Shown here: in pieces, positions 21,725 through 36,495 of the stretch
Position numbering within the stretch: the stretch's first letter is position 1
Layout: the number at the start of each line of letters is the position of its first letter
Source: Phallusia mammillata
Taxonomy: Eukaryota
Assembly: GCA_965637545.1 (NCBI GenBank)
Contig: OZ281500.1
Span: 21,328,001-21,392,000, forward strand
DNA: 64,000 nt
Reading direction: 5' to 3'
Notes under the pieces: generated by a model
What the model saw: only the letters and a program-made list of their open reading frames with translations
What the model was told of the DNA's origin: nothing
The model's database searches: none
Translations under genes and position numbers: made by a program

Positions 21725-22372
21725 CAGGGGTCGGCAACCTACGGCCCAAGCAAAATTATCCGGCACGCGACCCTTTTAGAAACTTCCCACATTATATCGG
21801 GGAACGACTTTGTTGTTAATGTTTTATCACAATTGTGTTTCTAGCAAAAAATAAACAACGATGTGATTCAAGCTCCCTAATTAGCGGTGGGTCGCAAATA
21901 CTTTGTGCGACAACCGGCGAAAAGTGGTCAAACGCCCCCCGATCCAAATTACAGAAAACAACTACCTAACACCAAATGCTAAAATCACCTCGGTGCTCTC
22001 AGTTCAACATAATACTTCATTCGAATTCAGCAATCTAAACTTTCGCTGCCATGGTCGTGACTGTTTTTTATTTATTGTCGTGGTGGGCAGTTTTATCGTT
22101 CAAATCGAGTTTTTGTAATCACAAGTGTGAAAAAGATTTAGGAATTAGGGTACCGGTAATTTCGCCGGATCGTATTTCAATTTTCTTTCATTTTTGCGAT
22201 GTCGACTGCTTTGCCAAATGCCGGGACAACCCAATCAAAATAAGCTGCTTTCGGGAGTTCCAACACCATGACTAGAATTAAACGCAATTTAATAAGAAAA
22301 AAGAATACGGCCCGCCGCGACTTGGCAAATCTCAGTTTTGACCCGCTGCATGCAAAAGGTTGCCGACCCCTG
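21725..22372. mobile_element. hAT MITE with the same TIR as B
   Basis: CAGGGGTCGGCAACCT / AGGTTGCCGACCCCTG. Perfect TSD ATCTATAG. Confidence 0.92.
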
Positions 22373-24039
22373 ATCTATAGTGTTGTGAAACTAAAACCCC
22401 TTATATGACGTCAAAGCTTAGACTACTGGATTTTGATTGACCAGATGACAAACGCACGCAAATGCGAATGCGTAGTGACGTAACGACAAGACTAAATAAA
22501 TACGTCATACACCACCTAAATCCTAAATTTGTGCGTTTTATACGTAAAGCGTATTGTGTGTAAGTTTAATAATATAAATTTGCAAAAAATGCCTTTCGTG
22601 AAATTGGAAGGGGAGTAATTAAACATAGAACTAAGACGTATTTAAACCTGCCTTCATTAACAAAAATGTAACCAAAAATGTTAAAACCAACACCAATAGG
22701 ACAAGCTCAATGTGCGAAAAACGGGTGATTTTCTTCAAAGTCATGTTTCTGGTTGGTTGTAATTTGCAAAAGCTATGCGTGACGGCTTGAATCACCCCAA
22801 AATGGCGAGGACAAGCAGACCAAATTACGCTTCCTATAGCTTGTTACGCTGCTAACATAGCGTGTCCCCTGTTGGTAAGTCCTTGACACAAGTAGAGATA
22901 GAATCGACCGCAAATTGATAGCCTTATGTTAGCTATGGGATGAATAATACAAATGGAACTTCACATGTATAATTTGTACGTAAAACATGCTAACGAAGTT
23001 ATTTCCTGTTCAGGACTGATGATGCCATATTTTTTGGCGAAATCGATATCCGCAAAGAAATGCACCAACTGATTTGAGTGTGCTGAAGCTGTCAGGTAAG
23101 TAATGCAAAGGAAATGTTATAATGTTAAAAGAAAAGCAGGGATGAACTGCAATTACAGTACAGTTGTTTCAACTTTTAAGTTAGTAGGTCTTTACCTATC
23201 AGGTTGCCAGTCAGGTTTTTCTTTAATCCGTTTTCTTTCGCGCCGCACAGCAGCAACTTTAACGGCAGCAGTGGCGTCCTTACCCCCTTTTCCACGCTTC
23301 ACTGCCAAACGCGTTTCAGCAATTTGAATCATTGTTATGGAAACAGCGGTTAGCGAACCGTGACTTCCTTCCCGGGCTTGAGTCGCGGTAAATAATAATA
23401 ACAGAACGTCTGTGGCGGTCCCAGGGGGTGTCTGGGGCAGACGTTGGGGCGCTGTGCTTTGAAACCGAACCCTCACTCAGGACGTTGGGCCAATTGGCTC
23501 CCTGGGACCCCACTGATAGATCGTCGCGCTGTGTTTCTCCAGGGTAAATACAAATCGCTGTGTTTTTTGGCTTAAGCTTATGTTTTTACCAGTGCAAGCG
23601 AAGTTATACATTGTCTTAAAGCGAGGAAATTTAAAGTCAAAATTAATTCCGAACCCTAAAGCAACAATACACGAAAAATTGTGCACATAATTATTTTACT
23701 GTAAAACAAAGATACGCTTTTTAAGGATTTCCTAATGTAGTTAATATTTTTGCTAGTTTATCAGCTTTTTAGCAATTTTACAAGAGCTGAAAATAGATGG
23801 CTTGGGTATATATGACTTTGCTAGCAGATTTTAAGCTCATTTGAGAAAAAAACTACCCCGATAGCCTGAATTAACTTGAATTGTGGAGGTCAATATAAAG
23901 TTTTGGGTTGCTTGTCCGTCGAATTATGAATTCAAAGCACTTGGCCGCTTGAGGACAGTATCGAGCACAACAATATTTCACAAAATGGAAATTTCATCGG
24001 TTAAAAATCAACCTTCGTAACTTTTAAAGTTGTATACAG

Positions 24040-24734
24040 TAGGGCTGTTATCAAATAAAGGTTTTTAATTTTTCAAATAATCAAATATTTTTTTTCCTTT
24101 CAAATCAAATAATCAAATAATTCAAATAATTTAGAATACCTGATACATAAGGCACAGAGTCATTATTAATTAAGGATAGTTGAAATTACTAAACGAATTT
24201 TGTAAGCTCTTTAGTCATTAAATCTAGGCTACATCTTTTTTTTTGTTTAAATAAGAAATTAGTACAGATAGAGACATGCTTCAGTTATTCTCCGTAATTT
24301 GGCAAAACCATATGTATTTTCGTGTGTATTTTTTTACTTTATTTCAACAGCTTTTTCTTGGATACATGCTGAATTGAATTGTAATCTATAACATTTTATT
24401 CACTTGCTTGAATAACTTTGAATATTCCTGGGTGTAACTAATACCGGAATAAACAGTAAATTGTCATGCTTTTTTTATCCAACCTTTTTGGGGGAATGGG
24501 TTAATGAACATTAATATAAGGCTGAAAACATATGTTGCAGTGCTTCTGTGTAACCTCAATTTCATAAAAATGTCACCAATGTGTTCAAGTAAATTGATTT
24601 TGCACATATATCGAGGTTTACTGAAAGAAGAAAATTATTTGATTATTTGAAACTTGTAAAAAATTATTTGATAAATTTTCAAATAATTAAAAATTTCAAA
24701 TAATCAAATAATTATTTGTTTGATAACAGCCCTA
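24040..24734. mobile_element. hAT MITE (TAGGGCTG termini) with subterminal TCAAATAA arrays
   Basis: TAGGGCTGTTATCAAA / TTTGATAACAGCCCTA. Perfect TSD GTATACAG. Many TCAAATAA/TTATTTGA copies near both ends. Confidence 0.92.
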
Positions 24735-27700
24735 GTATACAGTATTAAGCCCGTAAAAAAATGAATTGAAAAAAAAATACATGTAGTACCAGCTGTATAA
24801 ACAACTTGAAAATATAGTTTATAATAATGGCGACAGCTTTTTTTTAAACAGTGGCCAATATGATCTGTTTACCACTACGTGGTTCTTAACCTGTATGTGG
24901 TGATGTCTTGGACAAAATCCTTTAATTTATGAAAAACAAAAGTATATATTGTGTTGAAACAAAGAGTAAGTCTTAGCAAAAGTTTAAAAAATAACGTTGG
25001 GTTGGGTCATTTATGCATTTTTTCAACTCGTTGCAAGCTGTCATTCCATGCAACATATTTGAACTATTGTGGAGATAAACAGAAAACGACACCTAAGGCA
25101 ACGGATATTGAAAGATATACACTACCGCGATTTAAAGGTTTGAATGCGACAGGAGAATGCGTTCGTACAATACCTCCTTCCGCTATTTGACAGGTGGTCG
25201 TTTGTCTTTTTACCAAAGGCCAAAGCGACGCGCCAAACGCTGGTTTGAGACTCAAAAACGGCGAGCTATAAGTTTAGCGAACTTTCATTGAACTATAGGA
25301 GTCACATACTTCGTTTTGTGCCCTTTTCACGCCAATGTACCCTGCCACGGCTTACAATAAACTATTTATATCTTGTACTCTTGTAGCTTGCGTGTCGTGG
25401 CTTCTATTAAATTATTTATACCAGTCAGGAATATGGTTTGTCATTATCAGTCGTATGACGACAGCAAAATCAATTGCAAAGGGTTAGGATGCTACTAATC
25501 CATTTTTCGTATATCTGATTTCAATGACCGTTTCGTAAGCATCATTGGTAAATAGCCTACCTGATATTTGATTAAAAAGCGTAGGATTTTGCGTTGAAAC
25601 TGTTCAAAGGCTTTTGGATGCTCACAAAATAACTTTACATAAAAGTATTGTCACTGCCGGGCACAATATATAGTGACCACATTATGCGTAATATTTTGCG
25701 TCTTATTTAGCTTGCCTTCATAAGGATAAATATCATTCAAAGCGGTTTAAATTAGGTTTACTTTGGTTAAAAGTGCAATTTTTCATTCCGCTAGGTAAAA
25801 AAGTCACTAACCCAAACGTCAATTCCAAGACAGGTGCCCTTCCAACGAGCAATCAATACAACATCTGTTTCGAAATACCGACACGACAGCCAAAAAACAC
25901 GCCCGCTATAATTTCCCGTTTCGTCGAGTCCAAGTATCGGTTTCACTGCGCAGGTATGCACGGGAGGGGCCACCTAACCACTCTTTGCTACTAGAAGATC
26001 TTTTTCATTGCTAGTTCGCTGCCATGTGCTGTCAACGTAGCCTTTAATTTATCACAGAGTGTCGCTGATCTTTCGAGAATTGACCGTTGCATATGACAGC
26101 TCCCACGAACGGCATTTTTTCATATTTTTACAGTAGACTGGTTGTAGGCCATGCTAATTGACAGTTCGTCCTTTTCCGGGGATAAACAAAAACAACACAC
26201 AAATTCCGTCGACAAAAACGCTTTTATAGTTATGGATAATTAGATTTCGGGGTTAAAGTTGACTTCGGAGCAAAAGATCAAAGTTTTGCAAGTTTAGACT
26301 ATACATTTTTAAGAAAACTATATGTTTGGTTCTTACTATTTTCATACTTATGTGGTGCCTATAAACCAGTTCATCTGGCAAAAACAGCATTGTGAAAACA
26401 TGTATTTCTTTGCTTTTCTGTGCATACCCGAAATCTTAAATAGATTAGGCATTCTATGACTTTCACAACAACAATCGTCAAATGCCCTTGACTAAAGTTG
26501 CCATCTTAAAACCCAACTTTACATCTAATAAAACATATGTAAGCCGAAACAACAATTACATACCTTGATGAAATTCGTCACTCCATTTTGTCTGATAGAA
26601 CCACATTTCGTACAAGAACAAAAGATGAATTATTCTTTATCCTTATTATCATTGATTTCCAAGACAGCCTAGCCACCAAGTTCAGATTAAGAACGTGCTA
26701 AGGAACTCTTTGCACCTAAAAAGGACAGTCACGCTTTAAGCAATGCATCTGATTACTTTGGTAGCTTTAGGCACACATGGATTTTCCACCGAAATTCCAA
26801 AGTGTCATAATAATGAACTGCTGTTTGTGTATGTAAGCTATGGAACCACGAGTTAAGCTGCTGAAATTATAAAACCATTGTGTGAGAACAAACAAAGAAC
26901 AATGGGAATTAAAACACAGTCAGGAATTACTAATACAGGTTTGTAAACAATCAAAATGCGTTTACGTTTAAAATGTACATTGTAGGCATTGTATTTTAAA
27001 CTGTTGGAAGTCTATAAGTGAAGTAAATTATGTAATGATTCATCATGCAATAATGTTTCGCAAGTACTTGCGTAATTCCCATAAATTACCCAAGTATTTT
27101 AAGTTCAAAGCAAGCAAACTTCAGTTCAAAGCAAAGGAATTCGAAATTTACCCGAACAATTTGTCACATTTAGCACCCTAAACAACATGCCTGTAGCAGC
27201 AGAGTGCAACAGTGCAATTTAAAACGCCGCAAACCTCTATGGCTGAGTTATACCGACAGGTAAAGCCTTGCGAAATATTGCCGGCTTAGTGCGCTCAGTC
27301 ATCAACCAAGGTATGACCTCAGCAAAGCAAAGTCTTTTTAAGCTTTACAGCTCATCACTAGGTCGGCAGCGGGGCGGAAGCTAAAAACCGGTCATTACCG
27401 TAGAGCCAAGTCGACAAGAGTTTAGCTGGGTCTTGGCCCGGAACGCAAAATTGTTACCTCTTCGCCATTGCGTTGTAACTTGACCCTGCTGTCGGTCGGA
27501 GTTCGCGTGCTGCAGCCAAACAGGCGGATTTTCAAAAGTGGTAACCTGCCCTCGCCCGCGGTTAAGCGGCCGTGCAATAATTTAAGAGTGCGTCCACCGG
27601 GCCTAATCCTTTATTAAAGACAGACTGGCTTACGAAACCGTGAACTCATGCGTTTCTTTGTTGTTTTTCGAAGTGAAAAGGTCACATGACCACCATAGAC

Positions 27701-30700
27701 ATCATAACATTTTTTTTTTTATTTAAACAAAAAACAAATGTCATTTGTGGACGTTAATAAAATTAACATTTAATAAAATTGTGGAATATAAGCTGACTTA
27801 AATCATGCACTTTGAATACTACTAGGCAACTAGTAGTCCGAAGAAAAAATAAATTAACTATGTGTTTAAATTAACTAAGCATGTGTTTCGATGTATGAAC
27901 TGGCGATACGGGAGACAGCGGGAAGACGATTAAAAAGCCTCGGAGCGGTACGGCGCGTCTTTGCAAAGGAAGTGGCGGTGTTCATAGCGTAAACATAAAA
28001 ATAAACTACGCACATCGGGCGAAATGCCTCTCTATTTTAGTATCGACCTATGCAACGGCGCTCGCTCGAACACAAGAGCAAAAAACTGTCTCGCGATTCA
28101 TTTTTTCTCTGATTTTCATGCCGTTGAACCCTTGTGCGCAAGGGCAACAACATATGGGGTGACCGCTAGTATGTAAATTAAAAGGTCATCGGGGCCTTAA
28201 AATGTTAGAAGGCGGTTCCTGGTAAATGGTCATAATCTTGTTTGTTGCTCAATCGCCCGCTTGTCGCTTTTAATACTGTGATGGTGCGGATTAATTGCAA
28301 GTTGCGCTTCCGGGTTAGCGATCAACCACGTTTGCAGACAAACTTTGGTGTTGGTTGAAAGTTTGTGTTTGCTAACTAACAGTCTACCATTGGATTTACT
28401 AAACATAAACTTTCGATTTCAGAGGGACGCGACCAAAGAAAAAAGGGAAACCGGATTTTGCAAAGTTTAACTTTAAGGGATTAAAGTCCAATAACACAAG
28501 ACACGGAAAGTACCTAATCGAGTCCATAGCTGGCAAAGAAGTTACGGTGGTTTAATTGAATTGCAAGAAGTTTAACAAGCGCGGTATATATTCGCTTTGA
28601 ATACAACAAAATTGTTAATTTCCCATCAAAAAAAGGGACGTTTTTCTGCCATAAAGAACAAGTTTTTGCCTATAACATTGAATCCAAATTGTCACTCCTT
28701 ATAGCAGCAACATGGAGATGCTATTTTTAACACAATTAGGTCCGTAGCATGTAACTACAGAACTATCATTATCATTTACAACCTACGTTCAATCGCACAA
28801 CAATTTCCTTTGCATATGGGTGGGCCGCTTTTGCTTACCATCCGTGCAGCAATGACAACTACCACGCCCCTATCAAGTTGTGTTGGCAAAGCAGCGTGCA
28901 GGCATGGCTCTGTGCAAAACGAAATTGAAAAGCGAATAGATTGTGTTTGTATTGTCAAGCAGAACGCTTCACCTACGAGAGTTTATTTTGCAATGTGCAA
29001 GTAAACTTAACTCCACCACAAGTGGGCTGAACTGCAATGATAGCATTTAAGGTTACATGGACAAAATACTTGCTTTCCTGCGAAACAGTTTGCTAACAAA
29101 TAATCCAATGGGATCGATATAAAATTGTCACATATTTTAGCACATAAATAAATTTTGTTTAGATAAAGCAAAAAGTTTTTAATAACATATGAAAGCTTAA
29201 AAAGCGAATATCCTCTTCCACGTTTTTTTAATCAAGCACTAAAACACGCCCCTGTACATTTCACAAAAATAAGCCAAGAAAACGGAAAAGAAAGCCATGT
29301 TTATTATACGTGTATTGACAAGTGCATCAAACCAATTGTTCAACAGCAACAATTATTGATGTACAAGCCAACTCATTTTTGCATTCAACGCGCCTGGCGA
29401 CCGAACATTATCCGGATTTATATCGTTGACCACAAATAACTTGTTTTGCAAATGGCAATTTACACGTCACTTCGGCATGCAGAGAGAGCCAATCCATTTC
29501 GCAGTTCAAAGAGCAACGATTTAGTTCGTTTCCTTGATTCATCAATACGGTAATTACATAGAACGCTAGTAGTCAATGCAACCACTACTAGTCGTCATCT
29601 AATTGCTTCTCTCTTAAGTAGCAGAAGAGAGAAGTCTCGTATTTGGGTTAAAACTTGCGCTTGAAACTCGTTGGAGCAAAACGCCACCGCCAATGATACA
29701 ATTTGACACTGAACGGGGGCTAGATGCCTCAAGTGGAAGCTTAAGGGGGAACTGACTCCCACAAAACGATATTTAGACCCCATGGGTGCCTAAGGGTCGT
29801 GGTTTTTGGGTGTAGGTGCACAAAACGGGTACTGTTCCACTGTTCTACTGAGCTCTGTCGACGTTAGACGCATGCAATCGGGATTGGAAGGCAAATAGAC
29901 ATTTCGCAGCAGGATCGGTGCTCGGTTACATCTCAACGTGGCTGCGGCGCCTCTCAAAAGTGGTGCTGTGATGCTGTGGCGCCGTCCTACCCTGATAGAC
30001 TACACAACAGGTGACACCCCGAACGTCGAAACTTGTCGTTTTTTAGTTTTTTTCTTGCCGCGTGCCGGGTGCTTTACTCCATGGGTATTCGCAAAACAAA
30101 CAAACAACTTTCAAAAACTGAATTTCGATGTTTTTTTAGAAAGCCGGATCGTGTTTAACTGCTGTCCCTTTAGGGTTAATGTTGGTTTTGTTACATAACG
30201 ATGTTATATATGTTATATGTGTGGTGTATTTTCGCTTGTGTATAATCTTGGCGCCTCCATAGAAACAACAGCTGCTGAAGTAATTGGAATGAAAACAGAG
30301 GTATTAAGTAGACTAGCAATTTTTTGGAATTTTAGTAACAGTTTAATTGGTAAAAGCTAAAACTTGGTCAACAAACGGCATCTCAAACATTATCCTTACA
30401 CACCAAAGTCACATAACTATAAACTAAACCAAACTTAATATAATTTTGACTCAACTTAACTCAACTCAACTCAAAACACACGTAAAGAGACCAGGTCAGC
30501 GGCCGTTCAGTTGATGGGGGTATAATGTCGGTCGACTAAAATTGACAATTTGCGGAAGCAATTTAGTTGTCAAGCGACGGCAGGGTAATTTCCACGTCGA
30601 AATTCGCTGAGTCATGACTTGAATGAGCAATAAACGAGCTGCTTTCGGATTCACTCAATCACTCCATTGTGATTTATTGGAAATCCCCTTCGGATAACAA

Positions 30701-33414
30701 ACTTAAGCGATATTATGGATTGGGATAGCTTAAATGCCGTTGCTGAACGTTTTGCGGTCCATCTAATTTCGCGTTAATTTTTCCTGTTTACCAATTCATC
30801 ATTCATTATTTACCAAATTATTGCAATATTGAAAAATGTAAACCTTTTTGAAGCCCATTTTGAAACAACTTCTTTCTAAATTAAATGCCAATAAGATCTT
30901 TACAAGCATTTGAATATGAGGTCACCTAAAGATCATGATGTCATCCGCCAGAATTTTGCCCCACTTATGACGTTAGTGACCATAACGGTTTCAAGTTGAC
31001 CTTCTGAGTACGCATGGCAAACGGCCCACAGACCCTCGAAACCAGCATTTGTAGCAATAATAAAACGGTGAACTATTGTTGAAATCGGTTGATTGGTCAA
31101 TTTGTTGGCCAATTATTGACCCAAAGTGGAGTCCAAAGTCGCTGCCTTCGCCCAATCAAGCATCTAATGCCCAGTTGTAGCTAGGTGCTCAGCCGCTTAG
31201 TGTGGGAAAATATGAATTACATGGGGTTCATGTACTCGACCATCCGGCGAATTAGAAGATTGTTCAATAATACATGACCTACGGGTTGACGACGGCTAAC
31301 AGAACAGGGTTAAATATAGATACTTTTCTGCCAAGGTATATGTTGCTTGAAATGATATTAAATTGCAATTGCAACGAAATAACGATATTCACTTGTCATG
31401 CAAACCATAGCATGCAAGACCAAGATTTTGACATACCCTGTCAAGTTTACATGTCAAGGAAAAAAGAACTGGTCATATTTGAGGTTAAATGTACCATACA
31501 TTTACTGGGTTTCAGAAAAGCTTTATAGCAGAATAAATTTAACATTACACGTCGGCATTACTGTATGTAACCAAGAAACACACAAACTGATAACAGTGTG
31601 CTGTAAAGCTTTGTCTGAACTGTTTTTTTTTAAATTACATGAATAAATACAGTTTCAACTTTAACATGTTTTAACTTTTGGTGGTTCGCAAACAAATACA
31701 ATTCAATGCAACATCGAAATTTTTCTCTGTCTTCGATTTTTGTGATGTTTCTTATATTTATTGGGAAAAACGATAACCTCTGGTCTTACCTTTTGATAAA
31801 GGGCAAAAACAGCTGCTAACGAACAGGGGTCCAGAACGACACCTAAACCCAAGGACAGTGACGCATCAGCCCTTCAAGGCGGCATTCAGATTTCGGTCGA
31901 AACACTCCACACTTTGGCAGCAGCTGGTAGCCTGGATATCCTGTCTTCGAGTTCTGCATGGAGTTCAATTACAAGCAGTTCAAAACAAGCTTTAATGATT
32001 GTGACAAAACAAAGCCCATTGTGCGCATGTGCGTCAAGCCTAATGCGTGGGTGGGGTGGGGTGGCTTGGACTTAAAATGCAAAGCATTCGATTTCCGCTG
32101 TTTGCTAACATTTTCGTGGTTTTGTTTTCTATTGTCTTGGGGTTAGTTTTTAATACATTTGTAGCTATGTAACTGCACTGAAAACAAATTCCATGGTTGA
32201 AATGTCTGGGGAGCGCTAATTCATACTTATGTTTTGATAATTTCTTGGACAATTCGAGGACATTTTGTCATCTTAAAGTAACAGAATGGCCCCAAATTGA
32301 CCAACAAATGTTTTGTTAGGCAACGGATTGTTTAAGCATACGAATGCACTACGCTTTATACAATTCAAGATATAATCAAGATTTTATGGATATTTTGTTA
32401 ATTTTGTTTGTCGCAATAACGTGCAATATGCTTTTGTAAGAAGACTGTTGCCATTTCCTAAACTGAAAAATGACACCAACAAAATGTCAAGGTAGATTTC
32501 AAAATTATTTAACAGATCAATATGCAGTGTTCCCAGAACATAACTGTCTCGTTATCTTTCCAAAACCGGGATGAAAAATTGCGATTTATAGAACATTAAC
32601 TCAATGACAAACAAAAAAATCATCAACAAAACCAATTAACCAAGTCTTACAACAAATCTTCTGTCAAATCCAAGAGAAAACAGCGTGCAGAGCGTTTAGC
32701 AGATGATGAAGTACAGGCCAAAAGGAGAAAAACTAGCGCAAGGTCAAAATATCACTTCCGTTATAGAACAGCTCGTGTAGCATGTTACTATAGGCGTGAA
32801 AGCCGGTGCAAGACCATACAATGGAGTCCATTGTTCCCCTGCTGCGGTTCTGGTTAAACCGTGGCTCGCTAAACGGCCACCAGAGAACTAATACTGCTAT
32901 TCGTGTGCGCTTTAGGAGGTAATGAGGTCAGAAACGTCCGGACGTATTAGTGAGTACAAAAGGAAGTTTTTTTTCCCTTGAAGAGACTTATGGCTGCTTC
33001 TGAAATAGGATACACTTTTCTAAACGGTTCTTAGTCAGCGGTTTTTGGTGCTGTCTTATATTTGACTAAGTTTAACAGATTTTTTTGGTGCCAAGTCTAA
33101 ATACCCACTTCAACTGTCTAAATTGCACAAAGTTGCTTGCGTTTTCAATTATCGACAAAAATTTGACATTTAGCATTTATGAAAAAAATCGCAGAGACAT
33201 TCCATCATAAAAAAGTTGTTTTATGTTTTCCTTTTTCTACAAAACACAAAATATCGCATAACGACTCATGAAAACTAGGCAACAAATAGTTTCCTTGTGA
33301 AACGTCACGTGATCATATGACGTTACGGCGATGCGGTTACGCTTGACTGCGTGCGGTATTTACACCAGTGAACGACCGGCAAAAAATAGTCCTAATCATC
33401 ATATAGGCCATGCG

Positions 33415-33601
33415 CAGTGGTGAGATTCAAATTTTTTGTCAGCCGGTTCTATCACAAAAGTCATATTTTTCAGCCGGTTCTGATACAAAAAGTCATAGTT
33501 CCATTGACAGTAACCAGTAATGCTAACCGGTTCGCTGATCTCATAAAATTTCGTGAGAAGGTTCTATAGAACCGTTGCGAACCGGCTGAATCCCACCACT
33601 G
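33415..33601. mobile_element. hAT MITE (CAGTGGTG.GATTCA termini)
   Basis: CAGTGGTGAGATTCA / TGAATCCCACCACTG. Perfect TSD GCCATGCG. Internal repeated AGCCGGTTC. Confidence 0.9.
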
Positions 33602-36495
33602 GCCATGCGCGTGGGAGTTTAACTTCTTTAATTAAAGAGGAGCTATGCAGGTTATTTTGTGGGAAGTGAACATTTATGGGGGAGGGGGGCACTAGTACGC
33701 GCGAACGCAGACAAAACTGACAGCAAGCTTCCTGCTTTTCGCTTTTATGATTTGTGGAAATCTTTGAAAGCGAATTGGATCATAAGGTCTTGTTGGAATT
33801 TCTCAGGATATGCAATACAGTAATACACGGCCCATTCATAAGTACGTATAGTTAATGTCTGACAGTTTAACGAAACGTAACGCATTGGAGCTTTTTAAAA
33901 TTCGAAACAAAATGATGAAAATGACAGCGATTTCTAAAACGTTAAAAATGGATTGGCTAGATGCAAGTTTTAATGCATTTTTTGCCTACAACCAAACTAC
34001 ATTAGTTGTTAGAAGAAATTGGATTGTCTATTGCAATTATCATGGTCATCACTTTTCTGTAGTGCATCGAAAACACTCTTTACAACGTCTTGAATTAATA
34101 GGTTTGAGTGAACAATATGATGCAATGTAGAAAAATACCAATCATTGACAATATATAAAAACACACCGTAAAGATATTGACTGTAACATATTTAATTTAG
34201 GTGTATGTGCTGCTTGGTTTCATACTAGTGGATTATGTAAGGATACACATGCGTCGTAAGCTTTACTACTTTTCAAAAACATTTCCATGCCAACTTGGTT
34301 TAAATATAGGCGTAGGTATTGGTATTTAACATTATAAGGTTTTGACGCAAATTTCAATGTATTGTGTCCCATGTGACCAGAGATTTAGTTTCACTAGGCA
34401 CTGAAAACACACCAACTGGTTCCAAGCGACTATCAGGCATCAAAACGTCCCTAAATCATCCGACAGCAGTTAATCGGCGCCTTATCCAGCCCACAACAGA
34501 GATCAAGGCTTTCCCACAATGCTCAACAAGTACTGATCAAGCAACTGCAAAAGCATACGGGCTCGGGCATTCGCGTGACCAGCCAGCCAATTGGAAACGT
34601 ACAAAGCGTGTGAAATAGGCATGAAGCCAAGTTGATTCTGCTAGCGGATGTGTTGGCATCTCTCGCAGGCTTAAGCGGCCTTGGTCCCACGACAGGAGGC
34701 CAAGGGACAGCTGCTAATGCTGTCGCTGGAATCGAGACGCCATGTCTTAATGCAAATGGTCGCTACAAGGATCAATACTTAGCGCCGGTTGGAGGTTAGT
34801 AGGGCGAAATATTACGCACGTAGGCAAATACGGTGTATGAATTTTTGAAGCCTTGCAACCATGGTTATTAATGTGCTTCATCTCAAACATGCTGTATTTT
34901 TTGCGCTTTACAATGGAAATGCATTATGTACTTAACCATTTACCCCCAATAAAACAACATATTTATCACAAGAAAGGCTATTCAGAAAAAAAGGTTTACA
35001 AAAGCTATTTGGGAACAAATAAAAAATGTTTGTATTTTAAAAACAACAAATCAAACGCCGGTTTTTAATTATAATAGCTTCACAATTTACCAAATTAAAA
35101 AGGTAATCGTTTTTAAGGGTCAACCAATATTTAACGAACTATTTTGTAACAGTGTTAAGTTTTAAAAACCCTAAAAATCCTGATCGTATGTCGACTTGTT
35201 GTATAATCTTGTAATCCACAACACGCCACAAGCTGCCAATTAAAAGACGACAGACAAGAAAAATGTCTAGTTCCCCTATTAAACTCTGTTGTGTGGGTTT
35301 GCCGAAGGGGAGAAGACATGTAATCTATGTTTACGGACACAAAGAGTAAATATTGTGAAACGACGTGGTCGAAACGGTAAATGCCCGGAAGACAAGTGAG
35401 ATTTTAACTAAGACCAGGTTGTTTCGTTTAGTTTATTGATTTTGACTTATTTTGTCGTGCCAATGCAAAAAAGCCGCTGAACACTTTGTTGGGCAAAGCA
35501 AGCAAGTGATGCCGTTTCCAAAGAAACTAAATGTGTTGATTTTATTAAACAGAGTTGTTAATCGACGTTTGGTCTTTGGTTAAACTATAAGTTTCTAAAT
35601 GGGCTTGACATGGGCCTATTTTTTTTTAATTCGGGCGCAGGACGGGTTTAGACCTGCTTATACAACTCTATTATTAACACACCTAACCTTATTGTGTGTT
35701 TTTCATAACTTTTGCTAAAACCCGAAATTTACTTATTTTAACAATTATTTTTTCCGATTAAACACTTACTGATAGAAACTCATTCAAATCAAAGCAATAA
35801 GTGATATAGAGGACTTCGCTATCCTGAAATATTCCCAGGCATGTCAGATCGAGGGCAATTGGCGGTCAAAACAGCTGTTTGTTGGCGCAAATCACCAGCG
35901 TCCATTCGCAAAACGCCATTTCGACGTCACAGCTCGCACGCCGCGACCCGTCATATGCGACGTCACAATGCAGGCGCTACGTCACAAAGCGATTGTTTCC
36001 CAAGTCGCAGAGGCGAGTCGGAAATCGGAAACGATTAAGGAAGCAATGACGCGAAGATTGCCTCCACACAATACAGGCCTAAGTTGGACTTGAAGCAGCA
36101 ACTGGGAGGCAGACGAAGGCAGCAGTCATCAAGCCATCTCATTGAGGACCGATTGCACATCGTTTCGGAAGGCACGGGCCAGCCATCGTGGAGCCGGAGT
36201 TAAAATTACCGCAAGTCGTGGGAAAATCGCCCACGCCGGTCGCTGATTGGTCGGTTTTGCGGCGCACCGCCGACTGCCAATAATAACGCAGATCGGACAT
36301 CGCACCTACAGTGAACCCTACTGTATATTTTGACTTGTTGTGTTGTGCAGAAGTTATGACAATTTGCATGGCATTTTTACAATTGGACTGATTTAGGATG
36401 AGAGCCCTTTAAAGACAGGTACCAATTTTTAAACTTTGTACACGTCTAATTCTATATGAACAACTATATATTTCAACAAACTTTAGGATAAGGCT

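Noticed and set aside
32048-32064. GGGTGGGGTGGGGTGG, a G-quadruplex-like tract
   Set aside because: Only three full G-runs and no contextual evidence of function.
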